A DNA stretch of 64,000 nt from Gemmatimonadales bacterium (GCA_037189525.1 JBBCJC010000003.1:704001-768000), one strand, 5' to 3'. Positions 21,883 through 32,800 are shown, counted from the first letter of the stretch. The notes: generated from the letters alone by a model not told the origin. Numbers and translations: made by a program.

Positions 21883-24288
21883 ATGCCGTCCGGTCGGCGC
21901 CGCCTGGTGTGGGCCGGTGTGGTTGCCGTGGTCGTGCTGGTGCTGGGGCGCTGGATGGCGGTGTTTGCCACCGAGCGCCTCTGGGAAGCCAGCGTGTCGG
22001 AAGCCGCGGCACTGGTCGGAACCCGGTTTGCGCTCTATCGAGCCGGGCTGGAACTGGCCGGACTCGTGGTCGCCATTACGTGGTTTGCGGGACATTTCGC
22101 GTGGGTCGCCCGATCCATCGTGAAGCAGGGAGGGGCGGTTCCACGCCCCTTTGCGCACCTTTCGGAACGTCTCCTCTATCAACTGGTCATAGCACTCGGT
22201 GTCGTCGTCGGGGTCGGTGTCGGCGGGGGAACGGGGCAGTGGGCTCACATCGTCCTGCTCAGCGGGCAGGATCTGACACTCGGCGTGACCGACTCGCTGC
22301 TCGGGGTCGACCTGGGTGTGTTTGCCGCCGGCCTCCCGCTCTGGGAACTCCTCTATAGCCGGGCCGTTGCGCTGGTGCTGCCGGCGCTGGTCGGGGTGGT
22401 GTTGCTGGCGACCGTCGGTGGTCTGCTCCGCCTCGACACCCGCCGCATCCGGCTGATGGCCGGGGCTCGTCGCCAGCTGGCGGGACTGCTCGTGCTGGCC
22501 GGTTTGTTGATCGCGTGGGGCTATGCCCTGGAACCGTTCCGGCTCGCCGCCAGCGAGAGCGCCCAAATGGGACCGGCGGAGTTTCTGCTTCGGACCACCG
22601 TCAGCCAAGTCGTGAGCGGCCTCGCCATCCTCGCCGCGGTGCTCACCTTGCTCTGGGCGTTCCGGCTTCGCGTCATTGTCGCCATCGGCGGGTGGGTTGG
22701 CCTGGCCCTCGCTGCGCTGGGCGGGAGCATCCTGGTCCGTTCCCGGACCACCGACACACCGCTGGCCACGGCCGAGTTGCAGGCGCTTCGCCGGGTCGAC
22801 TCGGTGGCGGTCGGTGTCCGGCTCTCACAGGCCGAGCCGGCCCGAATTCCCGCGACCCCGCCATCCCTGTGGGACCGGTCGTCCCTGATGAGCCTGGCCC
22901 GGGCCGACACGGGGGGCACCATCGATGCCTGGCCGGGTGCGATCGTACGGCCGGATACGACCTGGCCCGCCTGGATGGTGATTCGCGCCCGTGATGCGGC
23001 CGATCCGGAGCTGCTGGCCGTGCCCGACGATCAGATCAGCCCGTCGGGCGGGCTAGTCTCCTTACGCCCGGGCACCAACGAGGTCACACCGGGTGCCTAC
23101 CGGCTGGAGACGCTCGCCCGGCACGATGTCCGTCCCGGCGCCCCCGCCCATGTCGTGTCGCCCAACGCCTCCGGTGTGGCCCTGTCGAGCGCGCCTCGGC
23201 GGCTGGCGCTGGCCTGGTCACTCCAGACCGGCGGTCTGCTTGGCGCGTCGCCGTCGGACCGAGTGGCCTGGAGGCTCGATCCGTTGATCCGCCTGGGTGG
23301 GGTGGCCCCGTTTGCGGAATGGGAGAGCCCGCGGGCCGCGCTGATCGACGGCGAGCTCTTTTGGGTTGCGGACGGCTACCTTGCGGTGCCGCGCTTCCCG
23401 GTCAGCCGCCTAGTGCGGTGGCGGAGCGGCCAGGTCGGCTACCTGCGGGCCGCCTTCGTGGGCGTGGTCCGGGCCAGTGGCGGGCAAGCTCGGGTCCACC
23501 TCCGACGCGATGCCGATCGGGTGGCGCTGGCCTGGGCCCGGGTCGCGGCGCCGCTGGTCGAACCGGCCGAGACCGTGCTACCTGCGCTGGCTCCGCTGAT
23601 CGGGGTGCCACCCCTTGCCGCGGCTGCGCAGGCTCATGTCCTGGCCGGACCGGCGTGGCTCGACGTGACCGTGGCCGCGGGCAATCGGGAGTCGTACCCG
23701 GTGTTTGCTCCGCAGATGCTCGGCACGGTCGAGCGCCCGTTCCTCATTCCCTTGATGCGCAGCAACGGGCAGCGCCTGGCGGGGCTCCTTCAGGTGCCGG
23801 ATTCCAACGGCGGCGCGGCTTATTTGAGCGTCGATAGCGCCCTGGCGGTCGGAGCGCCGCGCGACCTGCAGGCGCGTTGGGAGCGCTTCCCGTTCTTTCA
23901 GCAGCTGCGGGATTCGGTCCGCGCCGCCGGCTCGGAGCTGACCTTTTCGCTGATCCGCTTCGGCGCGATCGGAGACACCTTGATCGCCTATCAGCCCGGC
24001 TACGCGTTAGGCCCCGACGCGCGAGGCGGCATCGTTCTGGTCAACGTGGCCTTGGCCCAACGGCTCGGCGGGCAGCGGACCTACGACGAAGCGTGGCGCA
24101 ACCTGCGCGGCGAACTCGGCCCCGACGCCCTGGTCAGCGATCCGGGCGCCCGGCTCGATCGGGCCCGGTACTGGCTCGAGCGCGCCGACGCGGCGCTGGT
24201 GCGGGGCGACCTCCAGGAATTCGGGCGCGCCTTTGCCGCCCTCCGGGAGCTGATCCGAGCCGGGCGGAGCCCGCAAAATACGCCGTAA
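21883..24288 (+). CDS. UPF0182 (COG1615)-like membrane protein, divergent
   Basis: About 7 N-terminal TM helices; GVTDSLLGVDLGVF..LP; WVADGY; C-terminal AL.RGDLQEFGRA helix, all reminiscent of UPF0182. Confidence 0.65.
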   Translation: MPSGRRRLVWAGVVAVVVLVLGRWMAVFATERLWEASVSEAAALVGTRFALYRAGLELAGLVVAITWFAGHFAWVARSIVKQGGAVPRPFAHLSERLLYQLVIALGVVVGVGVGGGTGQWAHIVLLSGQDLTLGVTDSLLGVDLGVFAAGLPLWELLYSRAVALVLPALVGVVLLATVGGLLRLDTRRIRLMAGARRQLAGLLVLAGLLIAWGYALEPFRLAASESAQMGPAEFLLRTTVSQVVSGLAILAAVLTLLWAFRLRVIVAIGGWVGLALAALGGSILVRSRTTDTPLATAELQALRRVDSVAVGVRLSQAEPARIPATPPSLWDRSSLMSLARADTGGTIDAWPGAIVRPDTTWPAWMVIRARDAADPELLAVPDDQISPSGGLVSLRPGTNEVTPGAYRLETLARHDVRPGAPAHVVSPNASGVALSSAPRRLALAWSLQTGGLLGASPSDRVAWRLDPLIRLGGVAPFAEWESPRAALIDGELFWVADGYLAVPRFPVSRLVRWRSGQVGYLRAAFVGVVRASGGQARVHLRRDADRVALAWARVAAPLVEPAETVLPALAPLIGVPPLAAAAQAHVLAGPAWLDVTVAAGNRESYPVFAPQMLGTVERPFLIPLMRSNGQRLAGLLQVPDSNGGAAYLSVDSALAVGAPRDLQARWERFPFFQQLRDSVRAAGSELTFSLIRFGAIGDTLIAYQPGYALGPDARGGIVLVNVALAQRLGGQRTYDEAWRNLRGELGPDALVSDPGARLDRARYWLERADAALVRGDLQEFGRAFAALRELIRAGRSPQNTP

Positions 24289-24297
24289 GTCTTGGTA

Positions 24298-24326
24298 TTG
24301 TTTAGGCTTACCCGGTGAGCTACTTT
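24298..24326 (+). promoter_or_regulatory. Putative sigma70 promoter of sucCD
   Basis: TTGTTT-17 bp-TACTTT in an AT-richer intergenic gap. Confidence 0.4.
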
Positions 24327-24394
24327 TGGGCCGCATGTCGGGTCCTCGGGGCTCGACCTCCGAGAGTCCATTTGCCAAATGAGATGAGCGGAAC

Positions 24395-25534
24395 GTGAAC
24401 CTTCACGAATATCAGGGTCGCGATTTATTCAGAGCGGCCGGCATCCCGATGCCCGACGGCGGCGTCGCGACCACGCCGGACGAAGTCGCGGCAATTGCAG
24501 AACGATTGGGTGGAACGGTCGTCGTCAAAGCGCAGGTCCATGCCGGCGGCCGGGGTAAGGCGGGCGGGGTCAAACTCGCCAAAGGGGCCGCCGAAGCGCG
24601 GGCCCACGCCGAGAAAATCCTGGGGATGACGATCAAGGGGCTGGTGGTCGAGCGCGTGCTCGTCGTACCCGCGGCCGACATCGCAACCGAGAGCTACGTC
24701 GGTCTGATTCTCGACCGCGAAAGCCAGCGGCCGTTGTTCATGGTCAGCTCGGCGGGCGGTATCGATATCGAGGAAGTCGCGGCACAGACGCCGGAGAAGA
24801 TTCAACGCCTGGCGATCGATCCTCGCTACGGCGTCCTCCCGCATCAGTCGCTCGCCCTCGCCCTCTCGCTCTACTCCGATTTCAAACAAGTCCGCGCCGC
24901 CGCCCGCATCATCGAACAGCTCTACCAGGTGTTCATGCAGTCGGGTGCATCGCTGGCCGAAATCAATCCGCTGGTCACGACGCCGGACGGGCAGGTGCTC
25001 GCGCTCGATGCCAAGGTATCGATCGACGACAACGAGCTCGATCGTCGTCCCGACCTGGCGGCGCTGCGCGATGAGAGCGCCGAGGAGCCGAGCGAGGTCG
25101 CTGCGCGGCGAGCGAACCTGACCTTCATCAAGCTCGACGGTAACGTCGGGTGTGTCGTCAACGGCGCCGGACTGGCCATGGCGACGATGGACCTGGTCAA
25201 GTACTACGGCGGCGATCCGGCCAACTTCCTCGACATCGGCGGCAGTTCCAATCCGGAAAAAGTCGTCAACGCGCTGCGCATCATTACCAGCGATCCGGCC
25301 GTCAAAGTCATTCTCTTCAATATTTTCGGCGGGATTACCCGGACCGACGACGTGGCCAACGGAATCGTGACGGCGACCAAGCAGTTTGCGGTCAACGTGC
25401 CGATCGTGATTCGTCTGACCGGCACCAACGAGCGAGAGGCCGTGCAGATTCTGACCGGCGCCGGTATGACGGCGCTCAACGACATGGATGAAGCCGTCAA
25501 GCAGGCCGTGGCGCTGGCGCAGGAGGCCCGATGA
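24395..25534 (+). CDS. sucC: Succinyl-CoA synthetase beta subunit
   Basis: [21 protein letters not shown] and [11 protein letters not shown] motifs. Confidence 0.97.
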   Translation: MNLHEYQGRDLFRAAGIPMPDGGVATTPDEVAAIAERLGGTVVVKAQVHAGGRGKAGGVKLAKGAAEARAHAEKILGMTIKGLVVERVLVVPAADIATESYVGLILDRESQRPLFMVSSAGGIDIEEVAAQTPEKIQRLAIDPRYGVLPHQSLALALSLYSDFKQVRAAARIIEQLYQVFMQSGASLAEINPLVTTPDGQVLALDAKVSIDDNELDRRPDLAALRDESAEEPSEVAARRANLTFIKLDGNVGCVVNGAGLAMATMDLVKYYGGDPANFLDIGGSSNPEKVVNALRIITSDPAVKVILFNIFGGITRTDDVANGIVTATKQFAVNVPIVIRLTGTNEREAVQILTGAGMTALNDMDEAVKQAVALAQEAR

Positions 25535-26418
25535 GCATTTTCGTCAATCAAGCGACCCGGCTCGTCGTCCAGGGCATCACCGGACGCGACGGTTCGTTTC
25601 ACAGCAAGCAGATGCTGGCCTACGGGACCAACCTCGTTGCGGGTGTCACGCCGGGGAAGGGCGGCCAGACGTTCGAGGGCTCCGTTCCGGTGTTCAATAC
25701 GGTGGCAGAAGCGGTTCGGGAGACCGGAGCCAATACCTCCGTGATCTACGTGCCCCCGATGATGGCGGCGGGCGCCATTGCCGAGGCCGCGGACGCCGGG
25801 ATCGCGCTGATCGTCTGTATCACCGAAGGCGTGCCGGTTCTCGACATGACCAAGATCATGCCGTTCGTGCGTGATCGTGGCGCGCGGCTGATCGGTCCCA
25901 ACTGTCCCGGTTTGATCACGCCGGGCGTGGCCAAGGTCGGCATCATTCCCGGCCAGATCTGCTTGCCCGGCCGCGTCGGTCTCGTGTCGCGGAGCGGCAC
26001 CTTGACCTACGAAGTCGTCAATCAGCTCACCAAGAACAAGATCGGGCAGAGCACCTGCGTCGGCATCGGCGGCGATCCGATCATCGGCACCAACTTCATC
26101 GACGTGCTGAGCGCCTTCCAGAACGATCCGGAGACCGATCTGATCGTCATGATGGGCGAAATCGGCGGGACCGATGAGCAGAAGGCCGCCGCGTTCGTCA
26201 AGGAACACGTGACCAAGCCGGTCATCGGCTTCATTGCCGGACAGACCGCGCCGCCGGGCCGCCGGATGGGCCATGCTGGCGCTATCGTCTCGGGGTCGTC
26301 GGGTACGGCCGCCGAAAAGATCGAGGCCTTCAAGGCCGCCGGAATCGGGGTTATGGAGCGTCCGGTGGACGTGGTCCGTCTCGTCAACGAAAAGCTGGGT
26401 GCCAAGGCCGGGCGTTGA
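25531..26418 (+). CDS. sucD: Succinyl-CoA synthetase alpha subunit
   Basis: [21 protein letters not shown] and RMGHAGAI motifs. Confidence 0.97.
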   Translation: MSIFVNQATRLVVQGITGRDGSFHSKQMLAYGTNLVAGVTPGKGGQTFEGSVPVFNTVAEAVRETGANTSVIYVPPMMAAGAIAEAADAGIALIVCITEGVPVLDMTKIMPFVRDRGARLIGPNCPGLITPGVAKVGIIPGQICLPGRVGLVSRSGTLTYEVVNQLTKNKIGQSTCVGIGGDPIIGTNFIDVLSAFQNDPETDLIVMMGEIGGTDEQKAAAFVKEHVTKPVIGFIAGQTAPPGRRMGHAGAIVSGSSGTAAEKIEAFKAAGIGVMERPVDVVRLVNEKLGAKAGR

Positions 26419-26461
26419 GCCCGGCCAGGGATCCGATCGACAGTCTCGTCAGGGAGAAGAC

Positions 26462-26893
26462 ATGGCAGGTCGTCAGACGTTGGGAATCGTCAAGCCGGAC
26501 GCGGTGGCGAGCGGCAATCTCGGGAACATCGTGGCCAACCTCGAGCAGCGGGGCTTTACCGTGCGGGCAGGCCGCCTGACGCGGCTCTCCAAGGCGCAGG
26601 CCGAGGCGTTTTATGAGGTGCACCGGGGCCGGCCGTTCTATGTGGAACTGGTCGATTTCATGTGCAGCGGACCGTGCTTCCCGATGGCGCTCGAGGGCGA
26701 CGACGCGGTGGCCGCGTTTCGGGCCGCCATCGGCGCCACGGACCCGGCCGAGGCGGCGCCCGGCACGATCCGAAAGCTGTATGCCGAATCGAAGGGCAAG
26801 AACGCGGTGCATGGCTCGGACAGCGACGAGAACGCCGCCCGGGAAATCGCCTTTTTCTTCCCGGAATCCGAGCGCGCCGGGCTCTGGGGGTAG
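26462..26893 (+). CDS. ndk: Nucleoside diphosphate kinase
   Basis: IVKPDAV, GATDP, PGTIR and NAVHGSDS motifs; SD GGGAGA before ATG 26462. Confidence 0.96.
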   Translation: MAGRQTLGIVKPDAVASGNLGNIVANLEQRGFTVRAGRLTRLSKAQAEAFYEVHRGRPFYVELVDFMCSGPCFPMALEGDDAVAAFRAAIGATDPAEAAPGTIRKLYAESKGKNAVHGSDSDENAAREIAFFFPESERAGLWG

Positions 26894-26919
26894 GGCCCGG
26901 ATCGGCGGGGCGGATCGGC

Positions 26920-26948
26920 TTGCTGTAACCCCGCGTCCGGAATAGCTT
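26920..26948 (+). promoter_or_regulatory. Putative sigma70 promoter of the yceD-rpmF-plsX-fab operon
   Basis: TTGCTG-17 bp-TAGCTT, ending 8 nt before the ATG at 26957. Confidence 0.5.
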
Positions 26949-26956
26949 TAAAGGCT

Positions 26957-27421
26957 ATGCTCCGAATCGATATTCGTGAGCTCCATCGGGGGCCAGTCGA
27001 TACCGTCGGGTCGCTTTCGCCCACGGCGCCGCTGTGGGAAGGGCTGGAACTCGAGTTTGCCGGTCCACTCTCGGTGTCGGGCCGGCTCGAGGCCAGTAGC
27101 CGGGACGACTACCGGTGGCGGGGCCGGATCCGGGGCGAGGTGAAGGTTACCTGCCGCCGGTGTCTGACGGAGTTCGTCCAGGCGGTGGATACGCCGATCG
27201 AGGCGTTGTTTTCCGCCAATCCGGACCTGGAAGACGACCCGACCGTGTACCTGCTCGAGGAGCCGGTGACGCACGTCGACGTCTCCGATGCAATCCGGGA
27301 GGAGTTGGGCCTCGCGCTGACGGGCTACGCGCTCTGCCGCGAGGATTGTGCGGGGTTGTGTCCGCACTGCGGAGCAGATTTGAACCAGGGCCCCTGTGGG
27401 TGCGGGCCCGTGTCATCCTAG
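26957..27421 (+). CDS. yceD: YceD/DUF177 family protein
   Basis: CRRCL and LCREDCAGLCPHCGADLN..C.C motifs; canonical position before rpmF. Confidence 0.9.
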   Translation: MLRIDIRELHRGPVDTVGSLSPTAPLWEGLELEFAGPLSVSGRLEASSRDDYRWRGRIRGEVKVTCRRCLTEFVQAVDTPIEALFSANPDLEDDPTVYLLEEPVTHVDVSDAIREELGLALTGYALCREDCAGLCPHCGADLNQGPCGCGPVSS

Positions 27422-27430
27422 GGGAATCCC

Positions 27431-27610
27431 ATGGCAGTACCGAAGAGAAAGACCTCGAAGTCGCGCAAGCGGATGCGTCGCAGTCATCATTCCGCTCCCT
27501 CCGCCGCGCTGCAGGCGTGCGCCCGGTGTGGCTCACCGCGTCTCCCGCATCGGGTTTGCGGGTCGTGCGGGTACTACGCCGGTAAGAAGCGTATCCCGGT
27601 CGAGGATTGA
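27431..27610 (+). CDS. rpmF: 50S ribosomal protein L32 (Zn-ribbon type; missing from the ORF track)
   Basis: Manual translation: MAVPKRKTSKSRKRMRRSHH...CARCGSPRLPHRVCGSCGYY..., 59 aa. Confidence 0.96.
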   Translation: MAVPKRKTSKSRKRMRRSHHSAPSAALQACARCGSPRLPHRVCGSCGYYAGKKRIPVED

Positions 27611-28623
27611 CGAACGTGGTTCGCGTCGCCGTCGACGCGATGGGCAGCGACCACGCGCCTTTGACGGAAGTCGAAGGCGCGGTTCGCGCGCTGGCGGAGC
27701 TTCCGCCGACGTTCGTCGTTCAGTTGGTCGGTCCCGTCGCCGAGCTCGAAGCGGCGATTGCTGCGCATCCGGGCGTCGACCGGACGCGGCTGATGGTCGT
27801 CGATGCGCCCGAAGTGATCGGGATGGGTGAGAAGCCCCTCGAAGCGGTGCGCAAGAAGCGGAAGAGCAGCATCGTGGTCGGCCTGGGTCTCCAGTCCGCC
27901 GGTCATAGCGATGCGTTCGTGTCGGCCGGAAACACCGGCGCCATGCTGGCCGCGTCGACCATCGTGCTCGGTCTCCATCCCGGCGTCGAGCGGGCCACCG
28001 TCGGCACGCTGCTGCCCAGCATCGACGGCCCCGTCCTGATGCTCGACGCGGGCGCCAATCTCGATTGCTCCGCTCGTGAACTCGTCGGTTTTGCCATGCT
28101 CGGCGCCATCTACATGCGCGACGTGCTGAATCGCCGCTCGCCGACCGTCGGGCTCCTCAACGTGGGTGAAGAAGAGGGCAAGGGCACGGCGACCATCAAA
28201 GAAGCGCACGAGTTGCTCAAGCAGGCCACCGGCTTCACCTATCTCGGCAACATCGAAGGACGCGATATCCTGGGCGGCCATGCCAAGCGGGGCCGCGTCG
28301 ACGTCGTCGTCTGCGACGGCTTCGTCGGCAACGTGGTTCTCAAGTTCTACGAATCGGTCCTCGGCCTGATTCGTCATCTGGCCGACGGCGAGGGTCTCTG
28401 GGAGCAGCCCGCTGCGCAGCGGGCGTTTCGGTCTCTCGACTACTCGCAGTACGGCGGCGCGCCGCTCCTGGGCGTCAAAGGCCTCTCCATCATCTGCCAC
28501 GGCAGCTCAAACGCCAACGCAATCATGAACGCGATTCGGGTCGCGGTCCATGCGGTCGAACGCGGCTTGAACCAGCATATCGGGCTCGAGTTCGCCGGCC
28601 ACGAGGCCCTGGGCCAGGCGTAA
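27607..28623 (+). CDS. plsX: Phosphate acyltransferase PlsX
   Basis: VDAMGSD, SAGNTGA, LDAGAN, VCDGFVGN and GGAPLLG motifs. Confidence 0.96.
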   Translation: MTNVVRVAVDAMGSDHAPLTEVEGAVRALAELPPTFVVQLVGPVAELEAAIAAHPGVDRTRLMVVDAPEVIGMGEKPLEAVRKKRKSSIVVGLGLQSAGHSDAFVSAGNTGAMLAASTIVLGLHPGVERATVGTLLPSIDGPVLMLDAGANLDCSARELVGFAMLGAIYMRDVLNRRSPTVGLLNVGEEEGKGTATIKEAHELLKQATGFTYLGNIEGRDILGGHAKRGRVDVVVCDGFVGNVVLKFYESVLGLIRHLADGEGLWEQPAAQRAFRSLDYSQYGGAPLLGVKGLSIICHGSSNANAIMNAIRVAVHAVERGLNQHIGLEFAGHEALGQA

Positions 28624-29610
28624 ATGCGCACTCCGATCGCCCGGATCGCCGGGATCGGCGCGGCGGCGCCGGTCGAAGTGGTCACCAACGCTGATCTCGA
28701 ACGGACTCTGGATACCAGCGACGAGTGGATCGTCGAGCGTACCGGCATCCGTGAGCGCCGCCGTCTTCCTGCGGACCGAGCGCTGTCGGATCTCTTCGTC
28801 GAGGCCTCTCGCATTGCGCTCGAGCGCGCCGGGCTGCCGTTTACCGCCATCGACACCATCGCCTGCGGAACCGTGACGCCCGATCGGCGGCTGCCGTCGA
28901 CCGCGTGCGAAGTGCAGGCCAAGCTGGGCGGCGGAACCGCGGCGGCGTTCGACATCTCGGCGGCGTGCCCCGGCTGGCTTTACACCCTGACGATTGCCGA
29001 GGGGTTGATCGCGAGCGGAGCCAGCCAGCGGGTCCTGGCACTCGGCGGCGACCGCCTCAGTTCGATCACCAACTTTGCCGACCGTAACACCGCGGTGCTG
29101 TTCGGCGATGGGGCAGGCGCCGCGGTGCTGGTGCCCGCGACCGACGAACGCGGGATCCTGGCCACATCGGTTGGTGCGGATGGGTCGCTGGCCAATCTGC
29201 TCTACATCCCGGAGGGCGGCTCCTCGATCCCCCCGACGGAGGCAGGTGTCCGCGACAGCCTGTACACCATCCGGATGGCCGGCCGCGAGGTCTTCAAGGT
29301 CGCGGTCCGCCGGATGGCGCAGGCCTGCCACCAGGCGTTAGGCAAGGCGGGCGTGCGGGCGGAAGACATCGACCTGCTGGTGCCCCATCAGGCCAACATC
29401 CGGATCATTCAGGCGACCGCCGGCGAGGCCGGCGTGCCGCTCGACAAAGTGATGATCAACATCGACCGGTACGGCAACACCTCGTCCGGATCGATTCCTC
29501 TCGCGCTGGCACAGGCGGAGCAGGAGGGGCGGCTCAAGCCCGGCATGCTCGTGTTGCTGGTGACGTTCGGAGCCGGATTTACCTGGGGAGCGGTGGTGAT
29601 CCGATGGTAG
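28624..29610 (+). CDS. fabH: Beta-ketoacyl-ACP synthase III
   Basis: DTSDEWI..RTGI, AAC, FGDGAGA, HQAN and YGNTS motifs. Confidence 0.95.
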   Translation: MRTPIARIAGIGAAAPVEVVTNADLERTLDTSDEWIVERTGIRERRRLPADRALSDLFVEASRIALERAGLPFTAIDTIACGTVTPDRRLPSTACEVQAKLGGGTAAAFDISAACPGWLYTLTIAEGLIASGASQRVLALGGDRLSSITNFADRNTAVLFGDGAGAAVLVPATDERGILATSVGADGSLANLLYIPEGGSSIPPTEAGVRDSLYTIRMAGREVFKVAVRRMAQACHQALGKAGVRAEDIDLLVPHQANIRIIQATAGEAGVPLDKVMINIDRYGNTSSGSIPLALAQAEQEGRLKPGMLVLLVTFGAGFTWGAVVIRW

Positions 29611-30536
29611 CCGATGTCCTGATCTTCCCGGGCCAGGGGGCACAGAAAATCGGGATGGCGCGCGACCTGGCCGAGCGCTTTCCCGCGGCCCGCGCCGTGC
29701 TTGAGGAGATCGAACAGGCGCTCGGCATTCCGCTCACCCGGATCATGTGGGATGGCCCCGAGGCCGAGCTGCTCGAGACCCGGAACACCCAGCCCGCGAT
29801 CCTGGCGCATTCGGCCGCGGTCCTCGCCGTAGTGCAGGACCGCCTGGGGCCGGTCGTGGGCGCGGCGGGCCACAGCCTGGGCGAGTACAGCGCCTATCAC
29901 GCGGCCGGCTCGCTGAGCGCCGTCGATGCCGCCCGCCTGGTGCGCCGCCGCGGCGAGTTGATGCACGAGGCAGGGACCACGCGTTCCGGGGCCATGGCGG
30001 CCGTGCTGGGCCTCGATGGTGCTCAGGTCCAGGCCCTCTGCGCCGAGGCGTCGGCGGCCGGGGAGGGGGTGGTCGTGGCTGCGAATCTGAACGCGCCTGA
30101 ACAGACGGTCATCTCCGGCGATCCCGCGGCCGTGGCCCGGGCCGGTGAAGCCGCCAAGGCCGCGGGAGCCAAGCGGGTGCTCCCGCTCAATGTCAGCGGC
30201 GCCTTCCATTCGCCGCTGATGGCTCCGGCCGCCGAAGGGCTCGCCGCCGCGCTGGCGGACGTGACGATGGTGGATCCCGCATTTCCGATCGTGGCCAATG
30301 CGGTCGCGGTGCCGGTGACCACCGCGGCCGAAGCGCGCCGCCTCCTGATCGAACAGCTGACAGCGCCGGTGCGGTGGGTCGAGTCGGCCGTGGCGCTCTC
30401 GCAGCTCGCCGCCGTGGTGCGCTTCGTCGAGCTCGGGCCCGGCACCGTGTTGAGCGGACTCGTGAAGCGGATCGTTCCGGGTGCGCAGTGTGTCACCCTC
30501 GGCACGGCCGCGGAAGTGGAGAAGTTCCTCGGATGA
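29604..30536 (+). CDS. fabD: Malonyl-CoA:ACP transacylase
   Basis: FPGQG, TQPA, GHSLGEY and SGAFHS motifs. Confidence 0.96.
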   Translation: MVADVLIFPGQGAQKIGMARDLAERFPAARAVLEEIEQALGIPLTRIMWDGPEAELLETRNTQPAILAHSAAVLAVVQDRLGPVVGAAGHSLGEYSAYHAAGSLSAVDAARLVRRRGELMHEAGTTRSGAMAAVLGLDGAQVQALCAEASAAGEGVVVAANLNAPEQTVISGDPAAVARAGEAAKAAGAKRVLPLNVSGAFHSPLMAPAAEGLAAALADVTMVDPAFPIVANAVAVPVTTAAEARRLLIEQLTAPVRWVESAVALSQLAAVVRFVELGPGTVLSGLVKRIVPGAQCVTLGTAAEVEKFLG

Positions 30537-31276
30537 GTATCGCAATCGATTTGACCGGCCAGGTGGCGTTCGTCACCGGCAGCACGCGCGGGATCGGCCT
30601 GGAACTGGCGCGGACTCTGCGCAGCGCCGGTGCCAAGGTGGCGGTGGTCGGCCGGAATGCGGAGCAAGCGGCAGCGGTCGCGGCGACGCTCGGCGACGGA
30701 ACCGTTGGCGTCGGCTGCGATGTCAGTGACGCCGCGCAGGTCGAGGCGGCAATTACCCAGGCGGAGCAGGCGCTCGGCCCGATTTCGATCCTGGTCAACA
30801 ACGCCGGCCTGACTCGCGACAACCTGCTGCTCCGTCTGACCGGCGACGAATGGGATCAGGTGCTCGACGCCAATCTCAAAGGCGCCTTCCACACCACCAA
30901 GGCCGTCATCAAAGGGATGATGAAGCGCCGGGCGGGACGGATCATCAATATCACGAGCGTGGTCGGGCTGATCGGCAACAAGGGCCAGGCCAATTACGCC
31001 GCGAGCAAGGCGGGGCTGATCGGCTTCAGTAAGTCGGTGGCCAAGGAGTACGCCAGCCGGGGTGTGCTGGTCAACTGTATCGCGCCCGGGTTCGTCGAGA
31101 CGGACATGACGGCTGCCTTGCCAGCCGAGGCGCAAGCCGCGTTATTATCCCAAATCGCGTTGGGTCGGTTAGGGCAACCCGCCGATATCGCCGGTGCGGT
31201 GCTCTTCCTCGCCTCCGATCTCGCCCGTTATGTGACCGGGCAGGTCCTGGTGGTCGACGGGGGCATGGTCATTTAA
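30533..31276 (+). CDS. fabG: 3-oxoacyl-ACP reductase
   Basis: [21 protein letters not shown] and VDGG motifs; ATG at 30533. Confidence 0.95.
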   Translation: MSIAIDLTGQVAFVTGSTRGIGLELARTLRSAGAKVAVVGRNAEQAAAVAATLGDGTVGVGCDVSDAAQVEAAITQAEQALGPISILVNNAGLTRDNLLLRLTGDEWDQVLDANLKGAFHTTKAVIKGMMKRRAGRIINITSVVGLIGNKGQANYAASKAGLIGFSKSVAKEYASRGVLVNCIAPGFVETDMTAALPAEAQAALLSQIALGRLGQPADIAGAVLFLASDLARYVTGQVLVVDGGMVI

Positions 31277-31289
31277 CTCTGAGGATGAC

Positions 31290-31532
31290 ATGAGCGACAT
31301 GGAAGAAAAGGTCAAGGACATCATCGCCGAAGAGTTGGGCGTCGAACGCGAAAAGCTCACCGAAACGGCGAGCTTCATGGAAGATCTCGGCGCGGACTCG
31401 CTCGACACCGTCGAGCTGGTCATGGCGTTCGAGAAGGAATTCGACATCGACATTCCCGACGAAGAAGCCGAGAAGCTCAAGACGGTCGGCGATGCCCTGC
31501 GGTATCTCCGGGAGAAGCTGGGGAACAAATAG
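31290..31532 (+). CDS. acpP: Acyl carrier protein
   Basis: [17 protein letters not shown] motif. Confidence 0.97.
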   Translation: MSDMEEKVKDIIAEELGVEREKLTETASFMEDLGADSLDTVELVMAFEKEFDIDIPDEEAEKLKTVGDALRYLREKLGNK

Positions 31533-32780
31533 GTGGCTGCGTCGACCCGTGTCGTGGTCACCGGCTTGGGCATGCTCACGCCGGTGGGCCTCTCGACTGA
31601 GGAGAGCTGGGGCAACCTGCTGGCCGGGAAGTCCGGGGCCGCGCCGATCACCAAGTTCGACGCGAGCCCCTTGCAGGTGCGGTTTGCCTGCGAGGTGAAG
31701 GGCTTCGATCCGTTGCTGTACATGGACAAGAAGGAGGCGCGTCGGTACGACCTCTTTCTGCAGCTGGCGTTGGCCGCAGCGCACCAGGCGGTGACGCAGG
31801 CCGGGCTCGAAGGCAAGTTCCCTGATCCGCTGCGGAGCGGTGTCATCATCGGCAGCGGGATCGGCGGAATGATGACGTTCGAAGAACAGTGCCTGACCTA
31901 CCTCCAGAAGGGGCCGGATCGGGTCTCGCCGTTCTTCGTCCCGATGTTCATTCCGGACATCGCGGCCGGTATCGTGTCGATCCGCTACGGCCTCAAGGGG
32001 CCGAACTTCGCGACCGTGTCCGCCTGCGCCTCCTCGGCCCATGCCATCGGCGAAGCCTACGATCAGATCCGGATCGGGCGGGCCGATTGCATCGTCGCCG
32101 GCGGGTCGGAGGCGGCCATTACCGGGCTGGCCATTGCGGGTTTCCAGAACATGAAGGCCCTGTCCACCCGCAACGAGGCTCCGGAGCTGGCGAGCCGGCC
32201 GTTCGATCGCGGGCGGGACGGCTTCGTGCTGGGCGACGGCAGCGCGGTGGTCGTCCTGGAGAGCCTGGACCACGCCGTCAAACGGGGTGCGAATATTCTG
32301 GGCGAAGTGCTCGGCTACGGGTTGAGCGGGGATGCCCATCACATGACGGCGCCGGCGCCCGATGGCGAAGGGGCGCGTCGCGCCATACAGTCGTGCCTGG
32401 CCGAAAACGACATCGATCTGACCCGGGTCGGCTACGTCAACGCGCACGGTACCTCCACGCCGCTCGGTGACGTGGCCGAGACGTCCGCCGTCAAGCAGGT
32501 CTTTGGCGACCATGCCAGGAACCTGGTCTTCGGATCGTCGAAGTCCATGACCGGCCACCTGTTGGGTGCGGCCGGGGCGGTCGAGTTCGGGGTGGCGCTG
32601 CTGGCCGCGACCACCGGGAAGGTCCCGCCCACGATCAACCAGACCGATCCCGATCCCGATTGTGACCTCTTCTCCGCGCCCAACGTGGCGGTCGAACGTT
32701 CCATCGACGTGGCCATTTCCAACTCGTTCGGGTTCGGCGGACACAATGTGACCTTGGCGGTCAGCGCCCTTCGCGAGTAA
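31533..32780 (+). CDS. fabF: Beta-ketoacyl-ACP synthase II
   Basis: RVVVTGLG, SACAS, NAHGTST, GHLLGAAG and NSFGFGG motifs. Confidence 0.96.
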   Translation: MAASTRVVVTGLGMLTPVGLSTEESWGNLLAGKSGAAPITKFDASPLQVRFACEVKGFDPLLYMDKKEARRYDLFLQLALAAAHQAVTQAGLEGKFPDPLRSGVIIGSGIGGMMTFEEQCLTYLQKGPDRVSPFFVPMFIPDIAAGIVSIRYGLKGPNFATVSACASSAHAIGEAYDQIRIGRADCIVAGGSEAAITGLAIAGFQNMKALSTRNEAPELASRPFDRGRDGFVLGDGSAVVVLESLDHAVKRGANILGEVLGYGLSGDAHHMTAPAPDGEGARRAIQSCLAENDIDLTRVGYVNAHGTSTPLGDVAETSAVKQVFGDHARNLVFGSSKSMTGHLLGAAGAVEFGVALLAATTGKVPPTINQTDPDPDCDLFSAPNVAVERSIDVAISNSFGFGGHNVTLAVSALRE

Positions 32781-32800
32781 CAGAGCGAACTCCCCCTCGG

